From Chiloscyllium plagiosum (taxonomy: Eukaryota), in assembly GCF_004010195.1 (NCBI RefSeq), contig NC_057718.1, forward strand, positions 48,988,021-49,052,020: 64,000 nucleotides of DNA. The letters run 5' to 3'. Below, one piece after another: positions 39,062-51,854 of this stretch. The notes beneath the pieces were generated by a model that ran no database searches, was not told where the DNA came from, and saw only the letters and a list, made by a program, of their open reading frames with translations. Position numbers and translations under genes: made by a program. Position 1 is the stretch's first letter. Every line of letters begins with the position of its first letter.

Positions 39062-39260
39062 TTGGGCCAATGGGCTGAGGAGTGGCAGATCGAGTTTAAT
39101 TTAGATAAATGCGAGGCGCTGCATTTTGGGAAAGCAAGTCTTAGCAGGACTTATACGCTTAATGGTAAGGTCCTAGTGAGTGTTGCTGAACAAAGAGATC
39201 TTGAGGTGCAGGGTCACAGCTGCTTGAAAGTAGAGTCACAGGCAGATAGGATAGTGAAGA
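39062..39260 (+). mobile_element. CR1 RT fragment
   Basis: GQWAEEWQIEFNLDKCEALHFGK...LKVESQADRIVK. Confidence 0.9.
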
Positions 39261-39504
39261 ATCTTTACATGACATATCCCCAAATCTCCAACAGAAAACC
39301 AGGACACATGCACAACATACCAGCTCACCCTCAACCACACTCCCATAATAACAGACTCAGGCCTAACATCTGCCCTTCCTGAATGCCTTCAGCTAGCTCT
39401 GACAGCTAGTACCAGCTCTGACAGAGCCCACACCATCTGGCATCACCATGGACCTAGAGGATGAGAGTATGTTCTTGTCCTTCAGCCTCATTTCAATTCC
39501 CTGA

Positions 39505-39955
39505 TTACGCTTTCCAATTTTTATAGATGCACCATCGAATGCATCCTATCCGGCTGCATCACTGGTCTGCCCAAGAAATTAAAGAGCTGTAAATGCAGCC
39601 CAGTCCATCATGTAAACCAGTTTTCCTTTCAATGACTTTGCCTCGACTTTCCACTGCCCCAGGAAAGCAGCCAACATAATCAAAGACACCTCCCACTCTG
39701 ATTATCTTTTCCACTCTCTTCTGTCAGGAGTAACAGCTTTTTCTCAGCTGTTACAGACTTTTGAACAGATCTCTCATATATTAGAGTTGATCTTTCTCGC
39801 ACCTTCTCTGTAGCTGTAAAACTATATTTTGCATTTTTTTCTATTACCCTAATGTATTTATGTAAGGTATGATTTGCCTGGATAGCACACAAAACAATAC
39901 TTTTCACCATATCTCGGTACATGTGACAATAATAAATCAAATCACATCAAATCCT
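39505..39955 (+). mobile_element. Rex1/Babar LINE 3' end
   Basis: NFYRCTIECILSGCIT (Rex1 RT C-terminal motif) and a 3' end ...GGTACATGTGACAATAATAAATCAAATC. Confidence 0.85.
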
Positions 39956-40617
39956 ACTATGCGATCTGGCATCATGAACAAACAGTATATGTTGTGACCA
40001 TGGACCATGCATTTTCTTCTCCACCTCCCACAATTAGCTTCCTCTTTCAATGTTCCTCCATTCTGTCACCCAAAAAACAATGCCTGCTCACCTCGACACA
40101 CCAAGGATTAACAGCACGTTCCTGATAAAGAGGTCTTGTTACTTAATCAGACTCTTGGCCATCAGCTCAGATACTGACACTGCTCTGGAAGCAATTAGAG
40201 AGGTAGAATTAGCACCAGGCACAAATAGATGGCAGTCGTGTTTGGGGATAGGGGAATGGGGGACGAGGTAAAGTTCTTATGCTAACTCACTGGAGGCTGA
40301 GATCAGAATGGGTTCTGGGCTCAGATGAGCACCTCAATGAGATGGCATAGAGGAGAAGATGAAGGAGGACACACAGCAGGCTGCCAGACCTGGTATGGAT
40401 GAGTTTAGCGACAACTTGACAGAGAGTCACTTGACAGAGAGTCACTTAGCCTGCCCTCTCTGCAGTCTCTGCTTCATCTCTTTGTTCACGCCTCCAGCCC
40501 AGAGACCTTCATTTTCAGCCAAGCTCCACTGATGCTGCAGTCTCTGTGTAGACTGATCACCAAAAGCTCCATTGTCTTATGAGGATAGAAAATGCATTCT
40601 CTACCAAAACGTAATAG

Positions 40618-40946
40618 TGGGCAGCATGGTGGCTCAGTGGTTAGCACTGCTGCCTCACAGTGCCAGGGACCCAGGTTCAATTCCACTGTCAAGTGACTGT
40701 GTGGAGTTTATACATTCTCCTCCTGTCTGTGTGGGTCCTTTCAGGTGCTTCAGTTTCCTCCCACAGTCTAAAGATGTGCAGGTCAGGTGGATTGGCCACC
40801 CTAAATTGTCCATAGTGACTAAGGATTGTGGGCTAAACATGGCAAGTATGGAGTTATAGGGTAGGGTTTGGGTGGCACTCTCTTCAGAGGGTCAGTGCAG
40901 ACTTGATGGGCTGAATGGCCTTTTTCCACACAGTAGGGATTCTGTG
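40618..40946 (+). mobile_element. V-SINE (HE1-like)
   Basis: A box TGGCTCAGTGG, B box GGTTCAATTCC, V-domain, CR1-like tail. Confidence 0.92.
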
Positions 40947-41719
40947 AAAAGCAACATTTCATCATAACTTGAAAAAAAAATGTAAGTACTTCCAGAGACT
41001 TAGGAATAGCAGGCATTATTTTAAACCATCTTGTTTGCAAGTTGGATGTCTATTCCTTTGAATAACACTAGTGCTGGGAACCTTTGGAGGTGAATGTATG
41101 TTTTCTTTGGGGAGTAACAAGAGAATTGATTGGATCGATCCTGGTGGTCCAGGTATATTGATTAGAATGTTGAATCAGTTAGTCAAGCTAAGAGATGGCA
41201 ACACTGAGTCATGGGTTTACAGCACACATGGAGAATACCGAACCAATTGACTGTTCCAGCACTAGCCACACCCCTAGGCCTGTCAGACGTGGCTGGAGTT
41301 GCAACGTACTGTAATCAAAAGGCTTCTGGTTTTATTAGCATCATTGCCAGCAGAATAATAGATCTGAAATACATCCCCACCACCTAACTGTATGTGTAAA
41401 TATTGACTATGCCTCACATTGCAGCAATAAGGTATTGGGTCCAGTTTTTGTCAAAACCAAATTTTATTCAAAATGAAAAATAATGAAGAAAGTAATTGAA
41501 CCACATTATTTTTAACTATTGTTTTTAATGTTGCTGTCCACTGGAAAAACAAATTAAAATACAAAATTAATTTTTCTCACTAAAACATTGAAAGGGTACG
41601 GTCACCATAGTCCTGCTCTCTCAAAGACGGACAAAATTCCTGGTGAGTTAATCTGAGGGTCAGCAGACCTCAGGCAACTGGCAAGGGAGATGCAATGAGA
41701 TCCAGAAGGTGGTTCTCCC

Positions 41720-42868
41720 ATGACAAGTCTGAGCCCAGCCACGGACCCCAAAGGTCAGTAAGGTGCCACCCCCCCAGCAAGAAAATAGAAACAAGGGGCA
41801 CCCAGAAGGAGGGGCAGGCCAGAGAGGCGGGAAAGGCAGCTACCATGGAGACACAGCAACCAACCCAAACCCCACCTGAACAGACGGAGTCAATGAAGAA
41901 GGCGGGAGAGTGGATACCAGTGAGAAACAACCAGAAAAGGAAATACAGGCCAACAGCAAAACGAAAAGAGACAGCTGCGTGATGGACACACCAGCAGCTT
42001 CTCTGACGAAGGTGTGCAGAGGGATGGCACCAATAAATAAAGAGGGGAGAAGGACAGGAGCAACTCCTCAACCTGGAAATGCTGGATGGTGCAAGAGTCC
42101 CAGAGAAACCCAACCTCCAAAGGGTATCTATTGCACCACAGCCCCAGGCAATTGGGAGGAGCAACACTCTGAATCAGGAGCAGAGCACGACAGTCTCTCC
42201 GTCATACTCAGAACTGGAATTGCCTAGCTTCATCCTTGCCCGGATGACATCGGATCAGGGTTTGATGATGAATTATTGCTTTTCACAGAATCCCTACAGT
42301 GTGGAAAGAGGCCATTCAACCTATCAAGTCTGCACCAATCCTCCAAAGGAAATCAGGGTGGCTACCTCAGTGTGGAGCATGTCCAACAGTTTGCCCATAC
42401 CACGGGGATACAGGGATTCCTAAGTGAACAAGACTGCAGGTGAGCAGACATTTGATCTATGTGTAATTCTATAAACTCTCAAAATGGTTTTTAAAATTGC
42501 CTGTTTTAACATGTGTAACTTTAAATCTACAACGCAATGTATCTCCACGTTGGCTTACTTGGCCAATGTCAAAGCAGTCTTCCCGTTTCTGCAGGAATAG
42601 GAATAGGTTGAGCTTGTGGGCCCATAGACCTTCGATCTGGGGGGAGTGATTGCCGTTCCTCTGGGCTGGTATTCTGCTGAGAGGAGGCAACTTCATCGTC
42701 TCTGAGGTTAAGGATGTGGCAGACAGGCAGATGTTGCATACTGAGACTAATTAACGTGTACACTCCAGGGGTAAAGAGTGAGCGGCTGGTCACTCTGGCC
42801 GGAGGCTTCAACTGCATCATCGATGGGGACAGATGATCCACAGGGGCTGACAGCACCAGATTCCAGTT
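41720..42868 (+). mobile_element. Tx1/L1-clade LINE fragment spanning the ORF1 end and ORF2 start
   Basis: Low-complexity basic ORF1 tail (AGEWIPVRNNQKRK). ORF2 starts at ATG 42484 (MVFKIACFNMCNFKSTTQCISTLAYLANVKAVFPFLQE), then GILLRGGNF, LRLINVYTP and AGGFNCIID (APE). A SINE tail is inserted at ~42285-42345. Confidence 0.8.
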
Positions 42869-42969
42869 AAGGTCACCAGGCTACATTTATTTTTCATAAA
42901 CCCACATCCCTTATTTTTGATTACTGCTCCTTGCTTTTTGTGATTTCAGACTTGATAGTCACCGTGCGC

Positions 42970-43052
42970 ATTTTGCCTGATCTACTGTGCTTTTCTAGCA
43001 GCACACTCTTGTGACTCTAATCTCCAGCATCTGCAGTCCTCACTTTCACCTC
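42970..43052 (+). mobile_element. family A Penelope tail remnant
   Basis: TGCCTGATCTACTGTGCTTTTCTAGCA...CTCCAGCATCTGCAGTCCTCACTTTC. Confidence 0.7.
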
Positions 43053-43200
43053 AATGTGAATTCAGTAGGCAATTTATAAAGTAAAGGTACATACATGCGT
43101 TTAGTCAGCATTCATTAATTCAGCTAGGTCATCATGACATGGCCTCATCTTAATGTGACCTGAAGTTATTTGAAAAAAAAACACAAGTAAGTATTTAGAG

Positions 43201-43322
43201 GTTCTGTTCTGAAGAATCCAGTTCTGAAGAAGGGTCATTGTATTCAAAGCGATGACTCTGCTTTCTCTCTCTCGAAGCTGCCAGTCCTGCTGAGTTCGCC
43301 CAGCAATTTCTGTTTTTCTGTT
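43201..43322 (+). mobile_element. family C Penelope terminus with duplicated hammerhead core start
   Basis: GTTCTGAAGAA occurs twice, followed by decayed stem II and tail. ATTTAGAG occurs on both flanks. Confidence 0.7.
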
Positions 43323-43850
43323 AGGAATTTAGAGACATGTTTAGCTATTCATTTGTAGGAAGCAGAGCAGGAGCATGCATTTCATATATGAAGACTCAAC
43401 AGAGAAAAACTTGTAACAGGCTGTCTCACGTTCTACACTATTAACAAAAAGGTCGGCCCACTTTTGCTGTTTTTACTTTTTTAGCTTAATTTTATCTGTT
43501 GTCCCGCAAGTCTCAAAACAACTAATAAAATGCAAAATGTTAATTAAACCATGACCAGGTAATGAATGGCTTGAGATCAAGTTTTTATTGAGTTTAGGGT
43601 GAGTTCCAAGTCAAGTCACTGTTGGATTTGTAAGCACTGGGTACATTGAGCTATATGTGTTTTAGTCGCAGATTGTTGAGCTGGGGCATGTTCTAATGAC
43701 AAAAATGTAAGTTTATAAATGTAAGTTTATAAATACAGAAAGTCCTGTTAAAATAGAACATCTAAGGGTCAAGGAGCATTAACTTTCTAAAGCTTCTCAG
43801 GTTGCCCTCGTATCAATTTTTTGCTGGAGGTTTGAGTCCCCGGAATTTAG

Positions 43851-44137
43851 ATTAGATTACTGACAGTGTGGAAACAGGCCCTTTGGCCCAACAAGTCCAC
43901 GCCGACCCACCACCCACCCAGACCCATTCCCCTACACCTAACACTGTGGGCAATTTAGCATGGCCAGTTCACCTAACCTGCATGTTTTTGGACTGTGGGA
44001 GGAAACCGGAGCACCCAGAGGAAACCCACGTAGACACGGGGAGAACATACAAACTCCACACAGTCGGTTGCCTGAGGTGGGAATTGAACCCAGGTCTCTG
44101 GCGCTGTGAGGCAGCAGTGCTAACCACTGTGCCACCG
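43851..44137 (-). mobile_element. V-SINE (HE1-like) with TSD
   Basis: A and B boxes and V-domain; GAATTTAG on both flanks. Confidence 0.93.
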
Positions 44138-45685
44138 AATTTAGTTCTAGGTGTCAAGTATGTCACTGGGGAAGGCACTATGCTGAGAGGAAATGTACTT
44201 CAATTGGGAAAGTTAATGCCAAGCAGCCATTGCGGGGCAGCTCCTCGAAGCATGAGAGTGTCTTTGGCAGCAGGTCAGCTGCAAAGGTAAGAAGCTGAAG
44301 CAAAACATTACCTTGCCTCTGAAATCCGGCAAGATCCAAAATCTGCATGGATTTGGTTTTGAGGTTATCCATTTTGAAAATCTCTATTTGTACTAGTTCA
44401 ATAATAATAAAAAATGATAAACAAAAATAAATCATTTACAGTGATTATAACCAAACAGTATGGATTACACAAAACGACAAAGATAAAATTAAAAGAAAAC
44501 AAGAAAATGCCAAAAATATAAATCAGATCTATCTGCACTTTTCCTGTTTCAGGTAGCTGTGAAGAAACACATTCTCAGGTGCTACCAATGCAGTGTCTGC
44601 ACTTTGTAGACAGTGGTGATGGTCACAGGTCATCAGGGAAGGGCATTGTTGATGTCAAAAACCTGCCTATCTTTACCAATAGCACGTCTTTCATTTCTTT
44701 ACAGTGAGTTAAAATACTAAAGATGCTCCTCATAAAAATGAGTTTTGGCTGGGTTACCCATTTCTTTCTGCACAACTGACCTAAAAACCGACAAACAATT
44801 ACAAAAGATTGTGGAACTTTTAATGCAAATTGCAACCTCCACAAATAGAGTTCAGAAAGCATAATGCAGGACATCAACAGCACTCAGCACCCTCCAACCT
44901 TCATTCCAGGGTGAATTAATGACCAGAGGATGTTTCCAAGCATAATGTCTAAATTGCAGGCCTTTGAGGAAATGTTTAAATTATGTGTTTGTGAGGACGT
45001 AAGCATGTGTAAAAAAAAACTCTTTGATGCAATCTTTCAATTTGTTAAAAACTGACTATTGTCCATCATTATAATTAATGAAAAAATTGTTCTTCATTAA
45101 TTGTAGCTAAGTAAAATCAAATTACTCACTGGTCATGGGATTGACAAGATTAAAATGCGTATTCAGATGATAAACTATTTTCAGATGTAATAATCAAGCT
45201 AATCATTATTATCACCGTTAACGTTTTGTAATTAACTACTAATACAAAATTATCACTGTTCAATGTTTCAAGAAATATTTTTGGACCTTAATAATGAAAC
45301 AATGCCAGTGTGTAACTGAGGGACATTTATTCAACTGAAAGTGTTGCTCACTGAAGCTTAACCACCTTCCTTTTAACCACATAACCAAAAGATACAATCA
45401 TATGAATAGCTTAAAGTAGAGCTAGAGGTCATAGCTATAGTCCTGGCATCAATCTCTATAGTACTGTGCAGCCAAGCGATTATGTAGGACATATTGCTGC
45501 TGTTCCAGGTGGTCACAGCATGATGGTCAGCAGATACGAAACTTTAGATGTAGTGAAAACTCACCACTTTACTCTTTGAGAGACTGAAGGCAAATCTAAA
45601 GAGTTATTATCGTGCTCCAGTGTGTGAAGATATACTCTTCATTGACACTACCATACAATAATGGAGAGGAATTTTCATGTCAAGG

Positions 45686-46810
45686 GAGCTGAATTTTCAC
45701 ATTCTGCAGTGGGTGGGAACAGAGGAGAGGTGGCCATTTGAAAACATTGGTGCAACCAGAATGACGTATTCTGAAAACTTTTCATAACGTTGTCCAGTTT
45801 TGCCAAGATGGGAGACGGTGGGAGAGGGTGGCCGTACAATCCCACCAGATCCAGGATGACGGTCACTAAAATTGTTAAAGGCTTTGAGTTTTTGGGGGGC
45901 TGTTGTAATGCAAGGTGGAGTGGCTGGGGGGGGTTGGAGGATGGGAGGGGGATATTGGGGTGGGGGTGGGTGGTTGGTTTCAGCCTGCAATGGGTACAAT
46001 TTCTGAGAAGGATCATCTGTGTGGAAGCCTGTCATGGCCCATAGTTCTTCACTCCAATCTCCAAAGACTGTGGATGAATTCTTGAAGGTCTTGAGGAGAA
46101 CGTCTACTTACCAGATAGAGGAACAGAAGCAGCTCTTTGTTTACCAGGGCCATGACTAATCAGGACGTTGAGGTTTTGAAGATGTGGTTCTAATACCTGC
46201 ATTGGTTGGGTGACACCACTGCAATAGGCTCCTCTAAGGATTTTGGCTCTCTGTGGTGGTCTTTTGTGCACAGTCCTGCAGAGAAGTGTGGGTATTGAGG
46301 ATGGTGTGGTCCCGGAAGGAGAAGGCTCTTTGGAAGAAGTGGAGGATTAAGATATGGAAGAGGAGGATGAAGAAAAGAGGCAAGAAAGCATGGAGGATGC
46401 AGAACACAGAGGTCCTCTGGCTGTACTGGGAGATGGCCACACCTGATGCAGGGCTTAAATGTCTCATTGGACTACCATGATTGTTATGGAACACCCGTTT
46501 AGGAATCTTTCAGCTGAGTCTCTCTGACGCAGAGGAAGAGTATGGTACAGAACTCACTCTGAGCTGCCAGTGCTCATAATTCCAATGAGGTTGGAGCCTG
46601 GATGAGATTCGTCTATTCCTATCTGCTCTATTGTAGATCTGCCGGAAGGTTTTACCATCTCTGTTAGGCACATCTGGATTTCTTCATCACTTCATATCTT
46701 ACTTCTTGTCCTGCCATTAATATAGGGAGTCGCACAGATCTTGCTTCAAGTATTATTTTAAATGTTGTGCTCATACAGGAAATCAGTGAACGGTGTTAAG
46801 AAATTCAGGA
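45686..46810 (+). mobile_element. PIF/Harbinger DNA transposon remnant (DDE transposase C-terminus at ~46000-46420)
   Basis: TRAMTNQDVEVLKMWF*YLHWLGDT/LQ*AP...VVVFCA then an acidic tail, matching Harbinger 'TRxxIEQTIGLLKMRFRCLD.SGGALQYxP...CCxLHN'. Possible decayed TIRs (CTGAATTT / AAATTCAG). Outer limits are uncertain. Confidence 0.65.
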
Positions 46811-47277
46811 GGGATGAATTGATTAGTCTCCCTATTTCTGAGTTGGTGACAACAGAGATTGAAATGAAAAGGGAGGTGAGGTAGCTAATTTAGTAAATAA
46901 AAGCTTCACTGTGCATAACTTAGTGTAAGAAATAAGTTCCTTAAGTTAACAAGAAAAGAGCATTAGCTTCTAAAACTAACTCAAGCAAAGGTCCAGAAAT
47001 TTGTAACAAAATGTTTAAAATGTAACAGTTTATTCAACTACCATTAATGCAAAAAGTACACTCACAATTCCCATAAGCATGCAAAAGAGAGTGAAATGAC
47101 AAAGTATAAATCTTCAAATTTAGTCAAGTAACAATTAAAGTCCTCAAATTAACTTCTTCACAAATTATTCAGAACATTGATTCCAGCTGAAGTTAGGGTT
47201 AGTTTCCTCACTGTCGCTAGTGGTCTTGGTGTTTCTCACTGGAGCAGTCACAGTGTACTTTGGGTTTGGGGAGGGGC

Positions 47278-47595
47278 TGGTGCCATGGTAGTATTGCTAG
47301 CCTTGTAACTCAAGCAAATATTCCAGGGTTATGGGTTCAAATCCCACCCATGGTAAATAGTGACATTTGATTTCAGTTTAAAAGGTTGGCCTAATAGCTA
47401 TTATACAGCCATTGTGTTAAAAAAAGCCATCTTTTACACTAAGGTGCTTCAAGGAAAGCAATCTGATGTCCTGACCTGGTCTGGCATGCATGTGACTGCA
47501 CCACTGCAATGTGCTTGACTGTTACTGCTTTCTGGGTAATTAGGGATGGGCAATAATACTGGCCTGGTCAGTGATGCCTATATCCAGTAAAAAAA
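47278..47595 (+). mobile_element. second tRNA-headed SINE family
   Basis: B box GGTTCAAATCC. Body shared with 51362-51850. Tail GGGATGGGCAATAA matches the unassigned LINE 3' end. Confidence 0.8.
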
Positions 47596-50479
47596 GTCTT
47601 TGGAGACAGTAAAGCTAATTTGGAATTTTCTTCACAACTCTTGATTACAGCAATGAAAACTTCTGGGAAGGTTTTAAAATCAACAGCTCAGCTTTAATGA
47701 GAGATACCTGGAAAAAAAAACTGGGGATGCGTGTCAAAGGCAGTCTTTGTCTCACTTTTCAAAATTCATCAGCTTTTTCAAATCCCAAGGTTTGGTCACA
47801 TGACCTATACCTGAGCACTTCATAGACACTGTCGTCTCCCGAAAACCAGTTGTGTTCTTCACAAATGGCACTCCTTAGCAACTATCAACCAATGTCTTTT
47901 GCTTTGAAAATTGTTGTTTATAAAAAAGACCACTAGATTCAGCTGATAATACAAATTAATATTACAGAAATTATATGCTTAGTAACAGCAATTAAAGAAA
48001 GACTCTTGACTAATTGTCCCACTCAGTGCTCTGATAGCCTCCTCCTTGTCCATATGGTGTTCACCTTGTGGCCTCAGACAAGTTAGAGGCAGCCCCCTCA
48101 CTTGCATCAGCGTGGGGCTGAGAGGCAGATAGTGGTCATTCTTATCATATAAGGTGCCTCTGTACCTGAATTATTGCCTCCATCCCTTAACCCTGCTGCA
48201 CTGCTCAGAGAGGCCATGGCACTCACAGCCTTTGCAAGTCCAGATTGTCTCATTTTGCAATCTTGGCTGAGAGTTCAAACTTCAAGTGGAGTTTCGAATT
48301 ACCTTGGACCCAGGGCAAATATTGCTTGGTTGACAGATTCAGCTTTCTGATCTATGCTGGCATAATATTTATTTACGAAAGATAACAAAATTTCAAGTAA
48401 TTTTAGTTTCTGTATTGATAGGTTAAAGGACTGGGTTGATCGACATTTTTATTGGCCTGTAGTAAAGAGGGTCTTTTTAAAGAAAGTAGAAAGTTATCAA
48501 TGAATATCTGTTTTTTAATGAAGTTGCTTTAACACATCCGACTATTACTATAAGGTTCACTGTTTGCAAATAATGTATGATAGTTGAATGGGGATGGAAG
48601 CACCAAATCTTGGCATGGAGGCCATGGAGATCCATGGGATGATGGAGGGTGTGCTTCGAGGGATGCACCTTAGTATGTGGAGCAAAGGAAGGACCTTTTT
48701 AACCTACCTTTTAAAGGATTCCCCTCATTCAGACTGTGGAGCACAAATCTGAGGTTTGTTCACCAATCCATGAACAAGGACTGGTTGAAATCTGACACGA
48801 ATCTGTGAAAGTTGTGACGGAATGGGACGTGCCAATCTCCACAATGGCCAAGGGCCAGGCCAGGAGTGCAGGGTGGGTCATATCAGTCCAACACACTTAA
48901 AGGACCCTGGTGACATTCTAAGACACCAGCAATGGGGTCATGAATTCTAGAATTGGACCCAGGTGCCTTTTTCATCCCTCCATAGATTCTTTCTGACTCC
49001 ACGAAAATGTAGGTCAAAGAATACAGAATATGTATAACTAAATGCAAATAAGTTCTTGCATGCAAGCCAATAGTTTCCTACCTGAAGAGTTAGGAATTGT
49101 ACTTTTGTATTATTACATTTTGGTCCCACCTCTTGGTTAGAGGGTGCCAGCTTCTTCAGTTTAACTTGCTTTTTAGCAAAGAGATTGAGGTAGGCAGCTT
49201 GGTGTCAATAAGTCTCATTGTCGGTTGCATGATGGCAGCTGGTTTTAACGCATGGTGTGGTGATTAAAAGCAATATTCACTTTTAGGAATCTTCTCAAGG
49301 AGAAGATAGCAGATAATAGCAAAAATAGATCCTCAAGAAGTGACAGATCAACAAAACCCCAGCAAGAAGAAACTCTCTGAATCTGGACCAAGTGGATGTA
49401 GCAGATGAAAAGTGTGAGGTCAGTAGCACTACCAGTTAACAGTGACTCACAGCACTTTTTCCAACCGGTCACAACCTACCTGAATAACCAGTCCACTAAC
49501 CATATCAGTAAAATCTTGAAGCCCTCTTTTCAGTGACAATAATGCATGAACTCCATTTCACAGCAATACACAGCAACAATTTGATTTATTTTGTCATCTG
49601 TAAAGTAAAAAACCCATCCTCAAGTGCTTCACAATAATATATTTGGACTAACATGGATTCTGTTAATCTGCTTTCCTTTTTGCCTCCTCTGGGAATGTGG
49701 ATATTTCAGTTGAATTACAATGTCCAGGAGATATGCACTGACAAAGAGGTGCCCTTTTCTGCTGAGTGTATGTCAAATATTGATGAAGAATGTTTGTTTG
49801 CTCATATAATGCAATTTATGACTCTTTGCTCTGTGGGAAATCCCACTATTTGATAAAGTATCTGTTGTCTGGCCATATTGCTGCCAGTAATTTTTAATGA
49901 GGTCAGTAAACTTGTTCCCTTGATTTTACTGAGGTTTGCGTGACACATCTGCTGTTATATGTTTTACAAATCCTGTCAGTAACAACTTGGATTAACATCC
50001 TCCAAGTGTTAAGGGCAGCAGTGACTGTAACAGTTACTGACTGATGAGCTCACATGGTCAGGACAGCCTTGAGTGCAACTTGCAGAAAGTGACATAACCC
50101 CATGACAATTGCTTTAGTAAAACAAAGCTTCCACAATGCTTATGGGTTAGTTGCATGTCGGAGTGTGTCTGTTAGGATGCCCTGGCATGATGCACCAGTG
50201 GGTGTGTGATGTAAGTTTAGGATCAGGGTTGGCAATCTGGTTTCTCTCCATTTCTCCTTCTTTGTTTCCCAAGTTATAAAGCTAGAAGGGAATTTCTGAC
50301 AGGAATCACATTCTGCTGACACCATCTCTTGTTGGGTATTTACCATACCTTCCACTCTCTATGCAGAATGACCTGGACTTAGTTTTATCTCTTTATGTTC
50401 CCACCTCCATGCCTTTTGAGCATGATATGTCCTTGATCTGGTCTTCCATTGGCTTTGCTACCTGCCCATTTCTTTTGAC

Positions 50480-51090
50480 AGGAGTCCTCTCCCCTTCACC
50501 CACCTCCAACACTCTCTCTTCCTCTGATCTCTTACTTGTACTCAACTTGTTCATTGAGAACTGTCGATGTGACATTGGTTGCCTTAAGTTCACTGCTCTT
50601 CTCATCCACTCCAACCTATCTCTCTCTGAACTGACTGCACTCTGTGCTTTCAGATCCAAACCTGAGTTTGTTATCAGACTTGCCGACAAAGGTGGTGCTG
50701 TTGTTGTCTAATGCACCAACCTCTATCCTGTGGAGACTGAGTGTCACCTCTTGGACCCCTCCCCTTATTTCCCCCTAAATAATGATTCCATGATTGATCA
50801 TGAAGCTACTGCTTCCATGACTATCATTAACCTCAGATTATCTGGCAATCTCCCACCTATAGCTTCCCAACTCAGAGCCATCCAACCCAATGCAGGGCAC
50901 TTCTACCTTCTCCTCAAAATTCACAATTTGGACTGCTCAGGCAGACTCATTGTTTCAGTCTGTTCCTGCCTCACTGAACCTATTTCTTCCAACTTTGACT
51001 CAATCTTTTTCTGCCCTTGTCCAGTCTCTTCCCATTTACTTCCATGATTCTTCTGTCACTCTACGTCAGTTTGAAAATCTTCAGTTTGCT
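50480..51090 (+). mobile_element. Penelope-like element RT N-terminal fragment
   Basis: SNLSLSELTAL...VIRLADKGGAVVV and FYLLLKIHNLDCSGRLIVSVCSC match the PLE 'KPADKG' and 'LPKIHK..PGRPIVS' motifs. Confidence 0.88.
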
Positions 51091-51361
51091 AGTACCATAG
51101 TGGATAGTGAGAAAGGTTGTAAATGGATATAGCAAGACATTACCAGTCAGCCATTACTTAACTTTGAATGCCACTCCTATGTATGACTCTGAAATCCAAT
51201 TTAATATTAATTGTAAGACTCCAGTTCTGACCGAACATGGAACCACTCCAGGTATGAGTGCGTTTAGACAAGATTCATAAATTTATTGAATTGTCAAAAT
51301 GAATAAAACAAAAGTGACACTTAGCAAGGCAGTGGACTCAGCCAATTCACAATGGAATACA

Positions 51362-51850
51362 TGGGGTGGTGATGGCCTTGTGGTATTATTGCTGGACTAT
51401 TAATCCACCAACTCAGCTAATGTTCTTAGCACCTGGGTTTGAATCCCACCATGGCAGAAGATGGAATTTGAAATCAATAAAATATCTGGAATTAAGAATC
51501 TACTGATGACCATGATACCATTGTTGATTGCGAGATAAACCCGTTTGGCTCACTAATTTCTTTCAGGGAAGGAAATCTGCCATCCTTACCTGGTCTGACC
51601 TACTAGTGACTCCAGGCCCTCAGTAATGTGGTTGATTCTCAGTTATCCTCTGAAATAGCTCAGCAAGCCACTCAGTTGTATCAGTCACAACAAAGTGTCC
51701 AAGAAATGAAACTGGATGGAGCTAGGCACCGACAACCTACATGGAACTGCAACAGTTCAAAGGGAAGCTCACCACCATCTTCCAAAAGGCAAGAGGGGAT
51801 CAGCAATAAACCCTGTCCAGCCAATGATTCTCACGTCCCATGAGTGAATA
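51362..51850 (+). mobile_element. second tRNA-headed SINE family
   Basis: A-box-like TGGCCTTGTGG, B box GGTTTGAATCC, tail ...CACGTCCCATGAGTGAATA. Confidence 0.8.
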
Positions 51851-51854
51851 CAGA

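Noticed and set aside
41670..42423. Cluster of overlapping ORFs on both strands
   Set aside because: Explained by the stop-poor low-complexity tail of a Tx1 ORF1.
43868..44290. 140-aa ORF and + strand candidate exon 44151-44286 (donor AAG|gtaaga)
   Set aside because: Most of the ORF is antisense SINE. The remainder has a poor polypyrimidine tract, two open frames and no recognisable product.
45675..46044. Proline-rich ORFs
   Set aside because: By-product of a G-rich tract within the Harbinger remnant, with no splice or homology support.
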